A stretch of 64,000 nucleotides of DNA from assembly GCA_963745035.1 (NCBI GenBank), contig CAVUVW010000013.1:960001-1024000 (forward strand), written 5' to 3'. Shown here piece after piece: positions 40,234-51,048 of this stretch (its first letter is position 1; each line of letters starts with the position of its first letter). Source of the stretch: an uncultured delta proteobacterium. GTDB taxonomy: Bacteria > Desulfobacterota > Binatia > UBA9968. Below the pieces are notes generated by a model. The model worked only from the letters and a program-made list of their open reading frames with translations. It did no database searches and had not been told where the DNA came from. The position numbers and the translations under genes were made by a program.

Positions 40234-41337
40234 TCATAGACTTCCCGCCACCATGAGATCATCGCCCGAGGGCATGATCCGGAGATTTTTCACGGCGACG
40301 GCTTGCTTGACGCGGCGCAATCCCAAAGCCTCGATCATCGGCAGGCCGTCGCCCCCCAAAATTTTCGGGGCGAAAAAAAATAAAATTTTGTCTATGATCT
40401 TTTCCTTGATGGCCGAGGCGGCGACCGCCGCGCCGCCTTCGATCATCACGCTCACGACGCCGTCGGCGGCAAGTCTCCTGAGCAGCGGCCGCCACGCGAT
40501 CCGGCCGGCGCGCAGCGGCAATCGCCAAACTTGAATTCCGCGCGCCTCGAAGGCTCGAACGCGCGCCGGCGAAACGTCGGCGCCAACCGCAATGATGGTT
40601 TTCTCCGCGTCCGGCAGGCGCAGCAGCTTGGCCGAAAGCGGAATTCGCAGGCGGCTATCCAAAATCACTCGGCGCGGGTTGCGCCCGCCGGCAATCCTGC
40701 AGGTGAGCTGCGGATCGTCGGCGGCGACGGTGCCGAGCCCGACGATAACGGCGTCGACTTCATTGCGCAGCCGGTGCGCCGCCGCGCGCGATTTCGCGCC
40801 GCTGATCCAGCGCGCGTCGCCGCTCTCGGCGGCGATCCGGCCGTCGAGGCTCGCCGCGAGCTTGAGAGTCACCAGCGGCGCTCCACGCGTGATGAATTTG
40901 GCGAACGCTTCGATCAGAGCGCGGCACTCTTTTTCGAGCACGCCGGTGCGGACTTTGATGCCGGCGCGCCTGAGCTGGCGAAAGCCGCTGCCGGCGACCA
41001 GCGGATTGGGATCGCGCACGCCGCACACGACTTCCTTGACGCCGGCGCGAATCAACGCGCCGGTGCAGGGCGGCGTGCGCCCCTGGTGGCTGCACGGCTC
41101 CAAGGTGATATACAGAGTCGCGCCGCGCGCGCGTGCGCCGGCGCGCTTGAGCGCGGCGATCTCGGCGTGATCACCGCCGGCGAATTTATGATAGCCGGTG
41201 CCGACGATTCTTCCGCGCTTCACGAGCACCGCCCCGACCTGGGGATTGGGGCTGGTGCGGCCGGCGGCTTTGCGCGCCAGCCGGCAAGCGATGCGCAAAA
41301 ATTTTTCGTCTTGGACGCGCGCGCGAGCTTCGGCCAA
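40234..41337 (-). CDS. ribD: Riboflavin deaminase/reductase
   Basis: TSPNP.VG, HAE, TLEPCSHQGRTPPC, KLAASLDG, IEGG; start approximate. Confidence 0.93.
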   Translation of the reverse strand: MAEARARVQDEKFLRIACRLARKAAGRTSPNPQVGAVLVKRGRIVGTGYHKFAGGDHAEIAALKRAGARARGATLYITLEPCSHQGRTPPCTGALIRAGVKEVVCGVRDPNPLVAGSGFRQLRRAGIKVRTGVLEKECRALIEAFAKFITRGAPLVTLKLAASLDGRIAAESGDARWISGAKSRAAAHRLRNEVDAVIVGLGTVAADDPQLTCRIAGGRNPRRVILDSRLRIPLSAKLLRLPDAEKTIIAVGADVSPARVRAFEARGIQVWRLPLRAGRIAWRPLLRRLAADGVVSVMIEGGAAVAASAIKEKIIDKILFFFAPKILGGDGLPMIEALGLRRVKQAVAVKNLRIMPSGDDLMVAGSL

Positions 41338-41342
41338 AGAGG

Positions 41343-41846
41343 CTATTCTCTTTTCTGCCGAATCTCGGCTAACTTCGGGGTCGGCCCGCCCTTGCGCTCC
41401 TTGAGCAACTCTTCGAGCTCCACCATGAATTCGCTGATGTCTTTGAACGAGCGGTACACCGAAGCGAAGCGCACGTATGCCACCGGATCGGTGTCGTGCA
41501 GCTCGCGCATGAGGGTTTCGCCGATGACTGAGCTCGGGATCTCCTTTTCGCCGCGCTCCTGCACCGCGCGCTCGATGCGGTCGGTGATCGCCTCGATGGT
41601 GTTGATGCTGACCGGCCGCTTTTCGCAGGCGCGCTTGAGGCCGTTGATGATCTTCACGCGGTCGTAGCTCTCGCGCCGCCCGTCTTTCTTGACCACCAGC
41701 GGCATCATCTCTTCGACCCGCTCGTAGGTCGTAAAGCGCCGGCTGCAGCGCTCGCACTCGCGCCGGCGGCGGATCATGTTGCTGTCCTTGCTCAACCGGG
41801 AATCGATGACGCGATTGTCGGTCTCGTGGCAAAAGGGGCACTTCAT
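41343..41846 (-). CDS. nrdR: Transcriptional repressor NrdR
   Basis: MKCPFC, RRRREC, ATP cone, [10 protein letters not shown]. Confidence 0.97.
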   Translation of the reverse strand: MKCPFCHETDNRVIDSRLSKDSNMIRRRRECERCSRRFTTYERVEEMMPLVVKKDGRRESYDRVKIINGLKRACEKRPVSINTIEAITDRIERAVQERGEKEIPSSVIGETLMRELHDTDPVAYVRFASVYRSFKDISEFMVELEELLKERKGGPTPKLAEIRQKRE

Positions 41847-41852
41847 GGCGCT

Positions 41853-41945
41853 AATCGAAAATCGCGGACGGAGGATCGCGGATCGCGCGATCTTCGATCC
41901 TCCATCTTTCTATCCTCGATCCTCCATCCTCAATCCTCGACTATC
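41853..41945. repeat. Heptamer-periodic imperfect inverted repeat
   Basis: ATCGCGG/ACGGAGG units followed by ATCCTCG/ATCCTCC units, between glyA and nrdR. Confidence 0.7.
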
Positions 41946-41958
41946 TTTCCCACTCCGA

Positions 41959-43213
41959 CTACGCCTTACCGAGCCGATGCGGATACACGGGAAACTTTCT
42001 GCACAGCTCGCCTACCTCCGCCGCCACCGCTCTCAGCGCGGCCTCATCGTTGACGTGGCCGAGCGCGCGGGCGATCAAGTCGGCGATGATCGCCATCTCG
42101 GCTTCTTTCAAACCGCGCGTGGTCACCGCCGGCGTGCCGATACGGATGCCGCTTGTGACGAACGGCGAGCGCGTGTCGAACGGCACGGCGTTGCGATTGA
42201 CCGTGATGCGCGCCTTGTCGAGCGTCTCCTGCGCGACCTTGCCGGTCAGCTCCGAGTTGCGCAGGTCAACCAGCATCAAATGATTATCGGTGCCGTCGGA
42301 AGTCAAGCGAAAGGCTTTGGCGATGAGCGCTTGGGCGAGCACGCGGGCGTTCTTGACGATCTGCTGCTGGTAAATTTTAAATTCCGGACTCAACGCTTCT
42401 TTGAGCGCCACGGCCTTGGCCGCGATCACGTGCATCAACGGCCCGCCCTGCATGCCGGGAAAGACCCGGCTGTCGACGGTTTTGGCATGCTCCGCTTTGC
42501 ACAGCACCAAGCCACCGCGCGGGCCGCGCAAGGTTTTATGGGTCGTCGTCGTGACGAAGTCGGCGTACGGCACGGGGCTCGGATGAAGCCCGGCGGCGAC
42601 CAAACCGGCGATATGCGCCATGTCGACCATGAACAGCGCGCCGACCTCGTCGGCGATTGTGCGAAAGCGGCGGTAGTCGATGATCCGCGGATAGGCGCTG
42701 GCGCCGGCGACGATCAATTTGGGCCGGTGCTCTTTGGCCAGCCGCTCGACTTCGTCGTAGTCGATGGTTTCGCTTTTCTCCGACACGCCGTAGGGAATCA
42801 CTTTGTAGATGAAGCCGGAAAAATTGACGGGGCTGCCCATCGACAGATGGCCGCCGTGGGCCAGGTTCATGCCCAGGTACGTGTCGCCCGGCTTCAGCAC
42901 GGATAAATATACCGTCATGTTGGCTTGCGAGCCCGAATGCGGCTGGACGTTGGCGTGGTCGGCGCCGAACAGTTCCTTGGCGCGCGCGATGGCAAGCGAC
43001 TCGACGATGTCGACGTACTCGCAGCCGCCGTAGTAGCGCTTGCCGGGATAGCCTTCGGCGTATTTGTTGGTCATCACGCGAGCCCTGCGCTTCGAGCACC
43101 GCCTCGCTCACGACGTTTTCCGATGCGATCAGCTCCAGGTTGTCCTCGAGTCGGCGCGTTTCTTTTTGGATCGCAGCGAAAACTTCCGGGTCGGTAGTTT
43201 CAAGAAATGACAT
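41959..43213 (-). CDS. glyA: Serine hydroxymethyltransferase (frameshift near 43080)
   Basis: LELIASEN + [30 protein letters not shown]. Confidence 0.95.
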
Positions 43214-43214
43214 G

Positions 43215-43706
43215 CTACTTCCTCGGTTCGATTTCTTGACGGGCTTCCGCGCCGGCGAGGCGCATCCCGAGGTCGCTCTCGGTCTGGCTGATCTTGTCGA
43301 TCCGGCGCTGGTGGCGCCCGCCGCCGAACGGCGTCGCCAGCCAAGTCTCGATGATCTGCCGGGCGAGCGCCGCTTCGGTCTTGGCGCCGCTCAACACCAG
43401 AATATTGGCGTCGTTGTGCTCGCGGCTCGAACGCGCGCCGTCGAGATCGTGCACCAGGGCGGCGCGCACGCCGGGAAATTTATTGGCGATGATCGACATG
43501 CCGATGCCGCTCGTGCAGACCAGCACGCCGCGCTCGGCCCGGCTTTCGGACACGCAGCGGGAAACCTCCCTGCCGAAGTCGGGATAATCGACCGACTCGC
43601 GCCCGTGAGTGCCGAAGTCGCAAACCTCCGCGCCCCTGGAGCGCAGGTAACCGAGCAGATCGTCCTTGAGGTCGACGCCGCCGTGGTCGCAGCCAAAAGC
43701 GATCAT
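43215..43706 (-). CDS. rpiB: Ribose-5-phosphate isomerase B
   Basis: [35 protein letters not shown]. Confidence 0.95.
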   Translation of the reverse strand: MIAFGCDHGGVDLKDDLLGYLRSRGAEVCDFGTHGRESVDYPDFGREVSRCVSESRAERGVLVCTSGIGMSIIANKFPGVRAALVHDLDGARSSREHNDANILVLSGAKTEAALARQIIETWLATPFGGGRHQRRIDKISQTESDLGMRLAGAEARQEIEPRK

Positions 43707-43877
43707 ATTGAAACTCGATTCATGCGCGGTCCGCGGCGAGAACAATGCGTGACGGATAAAGAAAATCGCAGGGCCGTGGTTTTCAACCGCCACCTCCCCC
43801 TGCGATTTGCAAAATTCTTTTGGGACAAAAGTCTAAACGATCAACCGGCCCCGCTTCGACGCAGGCGCTCGGAAAAA

Positions 43878-44120
43878 CTAGCGATGGGCTTCGATATAGG
43901 TGATGACGTCTTGGACGGTCTTGATCTTTTCCGCGTCCTCGTCCGAGATCTCCATCTCATACTCTTCTTCCAGCGCCATCACGAGCTCGACGATGTCCAG
44001 CGAGTCAGCCCCCAGATCTTCGATAAAGGAGGCCTCGGGGGTCACTTCTTCCGCGCTTACTCCCAGTTGTTCGCAGACGATTTCCTTCACCCTGGCCTGA
44101 ACAGATGCCGCCATCTTCAC
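43878..44120 (-). CDS. acpP: Acyl carrier protein
   Basis: [19 protein letters not shown]. Confidence 0.97.
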   Translation of the reverse strand: MKMAASVQARVKEIVCEQLGVSAEEVTPEASFIEDLGADSLDIVELVMALEEEYEMEISDEDAEKIKTVQDVITYIEAHR

Positions 44121-44141
44121 ATACCTCCTGCTACAAATTCT

Positions 44142-44885
44142 TCACATGTACAGCCCGCCATTGACGTTGAACACTTGGCCGGTGATATACCCGGCCCCCG
44201 CTCCAGCGAGGAATACAATCATTTCGGCCACTTCAGCGCAAGTGCCAAAACGACCCAAGGGGATCTGCTTGAGAAACTCCTCGCGCAGCTTTTCCGGCAG
44301 CTTCGCGGTCATGTCGGTTTCGATGAATCCCGGCGCCACCGCATTGACGGTTACGCCGCGCGTCGCACATTCCCTAGCGACGGTCTTGGTAAATCCGATG
44401 ATCCCCGCCTTCGACGCGGCGTAGAGCGACTGCCCGACGTTGCCCATTTGCCCCACCACCGAGGAGATATTGATGATCCGGCCATAACGCTGGCCAATCA
44501 TGTAGCGAGAAACGATTTTAGTGCAGAGAACGGTGCCCTTGAGATTGGTGCCGATGACTTGGTCCCAATCGGCCGGCTTCACCCGAATCAAGAGATTATC
44601 GGCGGTTACGCCGGCATTGTTGACGAGAATATCAATTTTTTTCTGCCCGTCAACGATTTTCTTCATGGCGGCTTCGACCTGATCCTCGGCGGCGATGTCG
44701 AATTGGGAAAGCTCCCCTTGCCCGCCCGCCTCGACGATCGCGGCCAATGATTGTTCCGCGGCGGCTTGGTTGCCGCGGTAGTTGACGACGACGTAGGCGC
44801 CCGCTTGTCCGAGAGACAACGCCGCCGCTCGGCCGATGCCGCGGCTGGCGCCGGTCACCAGTGCGATCTGTCCGGAAAGTGTCAT
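44142..44885 (-). CDS. fabG: 3-oxoacyl-ACP reductase
   Basis: TGASRGIG, NNAG, YAASK; fab operon context. Confidence 0.95.
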   Translation of the reverse strand: MTLSGQIALVTGASRGIGRAAALSLGQAGAYVVVNYRGNQAAAEQSLAAIVEAGGQGELSQFDIAAEDQVEAAMKKIVDGQKKIDILVNNAGVTADNLLIRVKPADWDQVIGTNLKGTVLCTKIVSRYMIGQRYGRIINISSVVGQMGNVGQSLYAASKAGIIGFTKTVARECATRGVTVNAVAPGFIETDMTAKLPEKLREEFLKQIPLGRFGTCAEVAEMIVFLAGAGAGYITGQVFNVNGGLYM

Positions 44886-44888
44886 CGT

Positions 44889-45828
44889 CTATGCCACCGC
44901 CATTCTCGAAAGATCCGCCGGCGCTTTCGAAGTTATCGACTTCCAGAGCGGGCACGATGCGCTTCATCAAACCTTTCAAGACTTTGCCGGGGCCGATCTC
45001 GATCGCGCGGCCGCAGCCCAACGCCGCGAGTTTTTTTACCGACTCTTCCCAGCGCACCGGACGATACCGCTTGCTCGACCAGCAGCGCTTTCACCCGATC
45101 GGGCGCCAGATTGACGTCGGCTTCGACGTTGGTCACGACGCCGACGGCGAATGGGTCGGACGGAAATATCGGCGAGAGCGCGCCGTCAAGCCATCCGCCG
45201 CCGGCCGCATGAGCTGGCAGTGAAACGGCGCGCTCACCGGCAAATCCAAAACCCGCTTCGCGCCCCGCTCTTTGGCCAACGCGGCGCGCGCGCCACGGCC
45301 TGCTTGGCGCCGGCGATGACCACTTGACCCGGAGCCGTTGAAGTTCGCCGGCGATACCACTTCGCCCTGCGCGGCGTCGGCGCAGAGCCGCTGCACATCG
45401 TCCATCTCCAGACCCAGCACCACCGCCATGGCGCCTTCGCCCGTCGGAACCGCCTGCTGCATCAAGCGCCCGCGCTCGTGCACGAGCTTTACCGCATCGC
45501 GAAACTGAAGCGCGCCGACGGCGACCAGCGCACTGTATTCGCCGAGGCTATGGCCGGCGACCAGCGCAGGTTCGACGGACGCCTCGGTCTGGAGCACGCG
45601 CAGCGCGGCGATCGATGCGGTGAGGATCGCCGGCTGGGTATTTTCGGTCAACTTGAGATCCGCTTCCGGACCGGAAAAACAAAGCTCGCTCAAACGAAAA
45701 CCGAGAGCGTCGTCCGCCTCGGCGAAAGTTTCTTTGGCCGCGGGAAACTGTCCGCAAAGCTCTTTTCCCATGCCGACGTATTGCGATCCCTGCCCCGGGA
45801 ACACGAACGCAACCCGACTACTCGTCAC
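44889..45828 (-). CDS. fabD: Malonyl-CoA:ACP transacylase (several frameshifts)
   Basis: FPGQGSQ, GHSLGEY, VSAPFHC, VRWEES, EIGPGKVL spread over several frames. Confidence 0.9.
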
Positions 45829-46934
45829 CGCCCCTCCGTTCTCCTGGCCCGCCCGGCACGGGGCCCTTCTCGCCAAGCGACTCGATCTTCGATTTGAAGC
45901 GCTCCCAGAGCTTGCGCGGCAGGCCTTCCTTCTTCGCTCCCGCGCCGTCTCCGTCGCTCAACGTTTCGGCGATATGGCGATTCATTTCTTGATTCACCGC
46001 GTCGCGCGCCGCGCGAATGGCGTTCTTGATCGCCCGCGGGTTGGAGCCGCCGTGGGCGATGATCGCGACGCCGTCGAGACCGATCAGCGGCGCGCCGCCA
46101 TACTCGGCATAGTCCAAGCGCCGGTATGCCTCGGACAACGACTTGCGGCTGAGCAAATAACCTACTTTGGCTGGAGATATTTTTTCGAAAGGCGCTCTTT
46201 AACACTTCGCCGGCGAAGCTCGCCACCCCTTCCATCGACTTGAGCGCGATGTTGCCGGTAAAACCGTCGCAGACGACGACGTCGACTTTGCCGTTGAAGA
46301 TGTCCCTGCCTTCGACGTAGCCGATGTAGTTGAGCGCGGTGGCCGCGAGCTGCTCGCTCGCCGCGCGGGTCAAGTCGTTGCCTTTGCTTTCCTCTTCGCC
46401 GTTGCTCAGAACGCCGACCCGCGGCTGGGAAATGCCGAGCACCCGGTCGGCGTAGATCGCGCCCATGAGGCCGAACTGGACCAGATGGCGCGGCTTGCAA
46501 TCGACGTTCGCGCCTGCGTCGACGATCACCGTGCCTCGTCCCAGGCTCGGCACGACGACCAGAATCGCCGGCCGGGCGACATGCGCCAGCGTGCCCATGA
46601 CGAACATGCCGATCGCCATCATCGCGCCCGAGTTGCCCGCGCTCACCACCGCGTCGACTTCGCCGCGCCGCATCATCTCGAAAGCAACCGCGATCGATGA
46701 ATCTTTTTTCCGCAGCGCAGCGCTCGGCGACTCGTGCATCGGCACGACATGGGAGGCTGCGACGATCTCGAACCGCGGCGCACCGTGATGCTTGGCGAGC
46801 TCGCGCTCGATGGCTTCGCGCTCGCCCACCAGAATCACTTCGGCGGCGAAGTCCCGGACCGCCAGCAAAGCGCCTTCGATGACGGCTTGGGGGGCGTGGT
46901 CTCCGCCCATCGCATCGACGGCGACTTTCGGCAT
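45818..46934 (-). CDS. plsX: Phosphate acyltransferase PlsX (frameshift near 46160)
   Basis: AVDAMGGDHAP, SAGNSGA, DAGANVD, CDGFTGN, YGGAPLIG..IAHG. Confidence 0.93.
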
Positions 46935-46952
46935 AGGACGTGGGTCGCTCAA

Positions 46953-47135
46953 TCAGCTTTCTTGAGTTTGAATGACGGCGCGGCCGCGATAAAAGCCGCA
47001 GTGCGCGCAAGCGCGGTGGGGCAAAACGGTTTCGCCGCAATTGGCGCAGGTGCTCCATTGCGGCTTGGTCAGGCCGTCGTGAGCGCGGCGCTGGTTCTTG
47101 ACTCGCTTCGAGGTTCTTCGCTTCGGTACCGGCAT
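46953..47135 (-). CDS. rpmF: 50S ribosomal protein L32
   Basis: MPVPKRRTSK...CANCG..PHRACAHCGFYRG. Confidence 0.96.
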   Translation of the reverse strand: MPVPKRRTSKRVKNQRRAHDGLTKPQWSTCANCGETVLPHRACAHCGFYRGRAVIQTQES

Positions 47136-47195
47136 GGATTCAGTCCTGTCTTTCTCCGCGTCGCCGCGGCCGCAAGTCGCGCGGTTTAGTTTGAT

Positions 47196-47732
47196 TTAAC
47201 GGCCGACTTTGAGGGTGCGGAAAATCGCCATTCGCGGATCGCCGCTCGCAGCGGCGCAGTCGCAGCTCTCGCCATTGAGGTTGGCGCCGCACCCTTCGCA
47301 CAAGCCCCGGCAATCCTCCGCGCATAGCGGGCGGGTGGGCAGCGCCAACATCACTTGTTCGATGATCAGCGGCGTCAGATCGATCTCATCGCCCGAGTAG
47401 TAGCTCAAACCAAGCTCGCCGCCGCGCAACTCCTCCGCCCCGCGTTCCGATTTGGCGGGCTCCGGCGTCAATACAAAAGCAAAATCCTGGTCCAATGTAA
47501 AACTGTACTGCTCCAAGCAACGGCCGCAATAACCGGTAAACTGGCCGCGAAAGCTGCCGTCGAAAAAAAGTTCCGCGCCGGAGCGGTAGTAGGTCAGATC
47601 CACGTCGAGAGACGGTGGAAAGCCGAAATCCGGATTTTTGCTCCGGCGATAGATTTCGTTGAGTTCCTCAATCTTCTCGGAGAAGGCGATCTCTTTGGGG
47701 GATTGAGGAATCTCGTCTACGGGGATTTTCAT
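47196..47732 (-). CDS. YceD/DUF177 protein
   Basis: CGRCL, LALPTRPLCAEDCRGLC, DPR; upstream of rpmF. Confidence 0.9.
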   Translation of the reverse strand: MKIPVDEIPQSPKEIAFSEKIEELNEIYRRSKNPDFGFPPSLDVDLTYYRSGAELFFDGSFRGQFTGYCGRCLEQYSFTLDQDFAFVLTPEPAKSERGAEELRGGELGLSYYSGDEIDLTPLIIEQVMLALPTRPLCAEDCRGLCEGCGANLNGESCDCAAASGDPRMAIFRTLKVGR

Positions 47733-47942
47733 CACCATCGAGCGGGGGCCGTTAACGTTCTCTGAATATAGACAATTCACCTCCGTTGTCAAGTTTGGCC
47801 GAATCGATGCGAGCGCGAAAAGGTCATGATTTATTCGAGACTTCCGTAGCACCATCATGATGCTTCGGCACGGTTCATCGGCAGCCGCGCTGCGCCTTGA
47901 GAATCGCCGGGCTTTTTGTTAACCATTTTTTTGACTCGAGTC

Positions 47943-48947
47943 ATGAATTTCCCGACATCGCTAAGAAATCACTGGGGCGGCAAGCGCTTCAATTCGTACA
48001 ACCGCGCGCTCCGGGAAATTTTCGGCGCGCGGGTTTATAAAATCGGTTTGCGGCTCGATTTTACCTGTCCCAATCGCGACGGCACAGTCGCCGTCGGCGG
48101 CTGCATTTACTGCAACAACGCGAGCCACACGCCGAAAGACTACCGCCCACACGCCACGGTGACCGAACAACTGGAGAAGGGCGCACAGGCGATCGGCAGG
48201 CGCCACAAGGCGGAAAAATTCATCGCCTACTTTCAGAGCTACACGAACACTTACGACAGCGCCGCGAAATTGGAAAAACTCTATCGCGAAGCTTTGGATT
48301 TTCCCGGCGTGGTCGGGCTGGCGGTGGCGACGCGGCCGGATTGCCTGCCTGAGGACACTCTCGATTTGATCGGCGCGCTCTCGAAGCAGACGTATCTTTG
48401 GCTCGAGCTCGGCTTGGAATCCATGTACGACCGGACCCTCGCCTGGGTAAATCGCGGCCACGATTTGCGCGCCTACGTCGACGCCGTAGAGCGCGCTAAA
48501 CGGCGCGACCTGCGTCTTTGCACCCATCTCATCCTCGGCTTTCCCGGCGAAAGCCGCGCGGAAATGTTGGCGACAACCGATTTGCTCAATCGCCTCGAAA
48601 TCGACGGGGTGAAGCTCCACAACCTTCACGTCATCAAGAATACCGCGCTGGAGAAGCTTTACCTGCGGGGACAGGTGCCGCTTTTCAGCCGCGCGGAGTA
48701 TGTCGCGCTCGTGGTCGATTTTCTCGAGCGCTTGAACCCGCGCATGATCGTGCACCGTCTTTCCGGCGAGACTTATCGCGCCATCACCGTCGCGCCCGAT
48801 TGGTCGGTCGATAAAATCGGCGTCCATAACGCCATCTACAAAGCTCTCGAAGAGCGCGACGCCTGGCAGGGGCGGCTTTTTTTACGCGCCGAGCCGAGAG
48901 ACTTCGAGCGGGAACTGTCCGCCTGCGCTGAAGGAGCGGCAAGTTGA
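47943..48947 (+). CDS. TIGR01212 (YhcC-like) radical SAM protein
   Basis: FTCPNRDG..GGCIYC, YFQSYTNTY, ATRPDC, ELGLES, VKLHNL. Confidence 0.92.
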   Translation: MNFPTSLRNHWGGKRFNSYNRALREIFGARVYKIGLRLDFTCPNRDGTVAVGGCIYCNNASHTPKDYRPHATVTEQLEKGAQAIGRRHKAEKFIAYFQSYTNTYDSAAKLEKLYREALDFPGVVGLAVATRPDCLPEDTLDLIGALSKQTYLWLELGLESMYDRTLAWVNRGHDLRAYVDAVERAKRRDLRLCTHLILGFPGESRAEMLATTDLLNRLEIDGVKLHNLHVIKNTALEKLYLRGQVPLFSRAEYVALVVDFLERLNPRMIVHRLSGETYRAITVAPDWSVDKIGVHNAIYKALEERDAWQGRLFLRAEPRDFERELSACAEGAAS

Positions 48948-49846
48948 ACGGTCACATCGGTTTGATTCACTCGATCCTGCCCGCCACGGTGGATCTCAAC
49001 GTGACGATCCCCGAAAGCCATCCCTCGGCGCGCAATCTGGGCTCGGAGCGCGTCGGCTCCGGTACCATCGTCGACCCCGACGGCTACATACTGACGGTTC
49101 ATTACGTGACCATCGGCGCCTCGTCGATCACCGTCACTTTACCCGACGGCGAGCAATACCCCGGGCAGATCGCGGCGCAGGATCAAGAAACCGGGCTGTC
49201 TTTGGTGAAAATTGCCGCGCGCGATCTGCCCTGCTTGAAACTGGCCGCGCCGGACTCGGCGGCGCTCGGTCAGTCGGTGGTCATGATCGCAAGCAGCGGG
49301 CAGACCGGCCGGCGGGTGAGCGGCGGCTACATTTCTTCCCTCGAAGGTTACGACGGGCAATGGGAGTACATGATCGACAAGACCATTCGTGTAACCACGT
49401 TCAACCCCGGTTTCGGCGGAGGCACGCTCGCCAACTTTCGCGGCGAGCTGCTCGGCGTGGTTTCGCTGAATTTGAATGAAGTGGGAAAATTTTCCCTGGC
49501 GATTCCGGTCGACTACTACCGAGCCTACGAGCGCGAGTTAAAGCAATACGGCCAAGTGCGCAGCCGCCCGCAGCGTCCATGGCTCGGGATCTATCCGCAG
49601 GCTATGGCCGGCCACGTGGTCATCGGCGGCGTCGTGCCCAACGGACCGGCCGCCAAGTTTGGCTTGCAGCAAGGCGACATCGTTCTCACCGTGGAAAAAA
49701 AAGAGATCCGCACCCGCCAGGAGCTTTACCAGGAAATGTGGAAAAAGCGTCCGGGAGAGCGGATCTCTTTGAGAATCCTTCGCGACGATCAGTCGTTTGA
49801 CTTGGATATCGTCGGCGGCGATCGCGCCGATCGCTACCGCACCTAG
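48944..49846 (+). CDS. Trypsin-like (S1C) protein with PDZ, lacking the catalytic Ser
   Basis: GSGTIV..GYILTVHYV; NPGFGGG in place of NPGNSGG; RPWLG PDZ. Confidence 0.8.
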   Translation: MNGHIGLIHSILPATVDLNVTIPESHPSARNLGSERVGSGTIVDPDGYILTVHYVTIGASSITVTLPDGEQYPGQIAAQDQETGLSLVKIAARDLPCLKLAAPDSAALGQSVVMIASSGQTGRRVSGGYISSLEGYDGQWEYMIDKTIRVTTFNPGFGGGTLANFRGELLGVVSLNLNEVGKFSLAIPVDYYRAYERELKQYGQVRSRPQRPWLGIYPQAMAGHVVIGGVVPNGPAAKFGLQQGDIVLTVEKKEIRTRQELYQEMWKKRPGERISLRILRDDQSFDLDIVGGDRADRYRT

Positions 49847-50277
49847 TCGTCGCCTCCCACTTTTTGCAGCTTGCCCTTGCCGGTGACTTTGATGCCGATC
49901 GCCGGCGTGTAGGCCTCCGGCTCATAGTTGATCAGCGCCTGATCCGATTCCTGCAAGTCGCGCAATTTCACGTTGGCGCCGCCCTTTTCGATCTTCGTCT
50001 TGTCGTCCACGCCCACGACTTCTTCGCGCACTTTGCCTTTGCGCTCCATTTGAAAAGTAATCGTGCGCTGGCCCACCGCGCTGATGACTCCTTCCACCTC
50101 TACGGCTTTGGTCTTGGCGGCTTTCGCCGGCTCGTCTTTGGCCGCCGCGGGCGGCGGCGCCGCCGGCGCTGCGGGTTTCGCCGCCGGTTTGTCGTCTACC
50201 GAGCTGCACGCAGCCACAAACGCGCTTGCGACAAACAGCGCCGCCGAAAAAGCCGCATACTTCACAAAACTATTCAT
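49843..50277 (-). CDS. Lipoprotein with OB-like domain
   Basis: VAA-C lipobox, PA-rich linker, EG.I..V...VDDKTKI..L.DL. Confidence 0.7.
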   Translation of the reverse strand: MNSFVKYAAFSAALFVASAFVAACSSVDDKPAAKPAAPAAPPPAAAKDEPAKAAKTKAVEVEGVISAVGQRTITFQMERKGKVREEVVGVDDKTKIEKGGANVKLRDLQESDQALINYEPEAYTPAIGIKVTGKGKLQKVGGDD

Positions 50278-50622
50278 TCCTGGTCCTCCTTGGATCTCAC
50301 AAACGATGAACGACGAGCGTCGCCATGATGAAAATATTTTTCATCCGCTTAAATCATAATTGAGTTTCGCTTGTCAAGGCGAGGTCGAGCACAGACAGCC
50401 CTCGTGTATTCCCGCGGTCCGGGTCCGTTCAAGTGACACGCGCCGTCTCAATCGAGAAGCTGTCTCGTTTCGGCGACGAAGCTCGCGTCGGCGGCCATTT
50501 TTAAAAGCGTTGCAAGATTTCCACCCGCTCGCGATTTCTTCGAACGAACGAGCAGCGAATCGAGATTTTCGTGTCCCGCCCGATCCGTTGAGATTCAGTA
50601 GGAAACACACTACAAACGGACG

Positions 50623-51048
50623 ATGAGTGCCGCGCCTGCGAAAATCGTCAACGTCACTTTCTACCGTGTCATCTACGGCGATACCGACCAGATGGGTGTG
50701 GTTTACTATGCGAATTATCTGCGCTGGTTCGAAAAGGGGCGGTCGGAATTTCTTCGCCAAATCGGCTTGCCGTATGCATCGATCGAACAGCAGGGCTTCA
50801 ATTTTCCTGTCGTGGAAGTGACCTGCCGCTATACGCAGTCGGCGCGCTACGATGATGTCGTGCGCATCGAAACGGAATTGGTCGAGCTGGGGCGCGCGTC
50901 GCTCTCATTTCAATATCGCATCATGCGCGATGCCGATGATTGCCTGCTCGCCAACGGATCGACCAAGCACGCGTGTCTCGACGGCGCCGGCCGGTTGAGC
51001 GGCGTCCCCAAAACCTTGCAAGCAGCGATCGCCGCAGCCGCGCGCTAG
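50623..51048 (+). CDS. YbgC/4HBT-family acyl-CoA thioesterase
   Basis: YGDTDQMGVVYYANYLRWFE.GR. Confidence 0.92.
   Translation: MSAAPAKIVNVTFYRVIYGDTDQMGVVYYANYLRWFEKGRSEFLRQIGLPYASIEQQGFNFPVVEVTCRYTQSARYDDVVRIETELVELGRASLSFQYRIMRDADDCLLANGSTKHACLDGAGRLSGVPKTLQAAIAAAAR

Noticed and set aside
50905-51048. 144-nt convergent overlap of queG and the thioesterase gene
   Set aside because: The queG tail is not protein-like and is probably read-through from an indel near its real stop.
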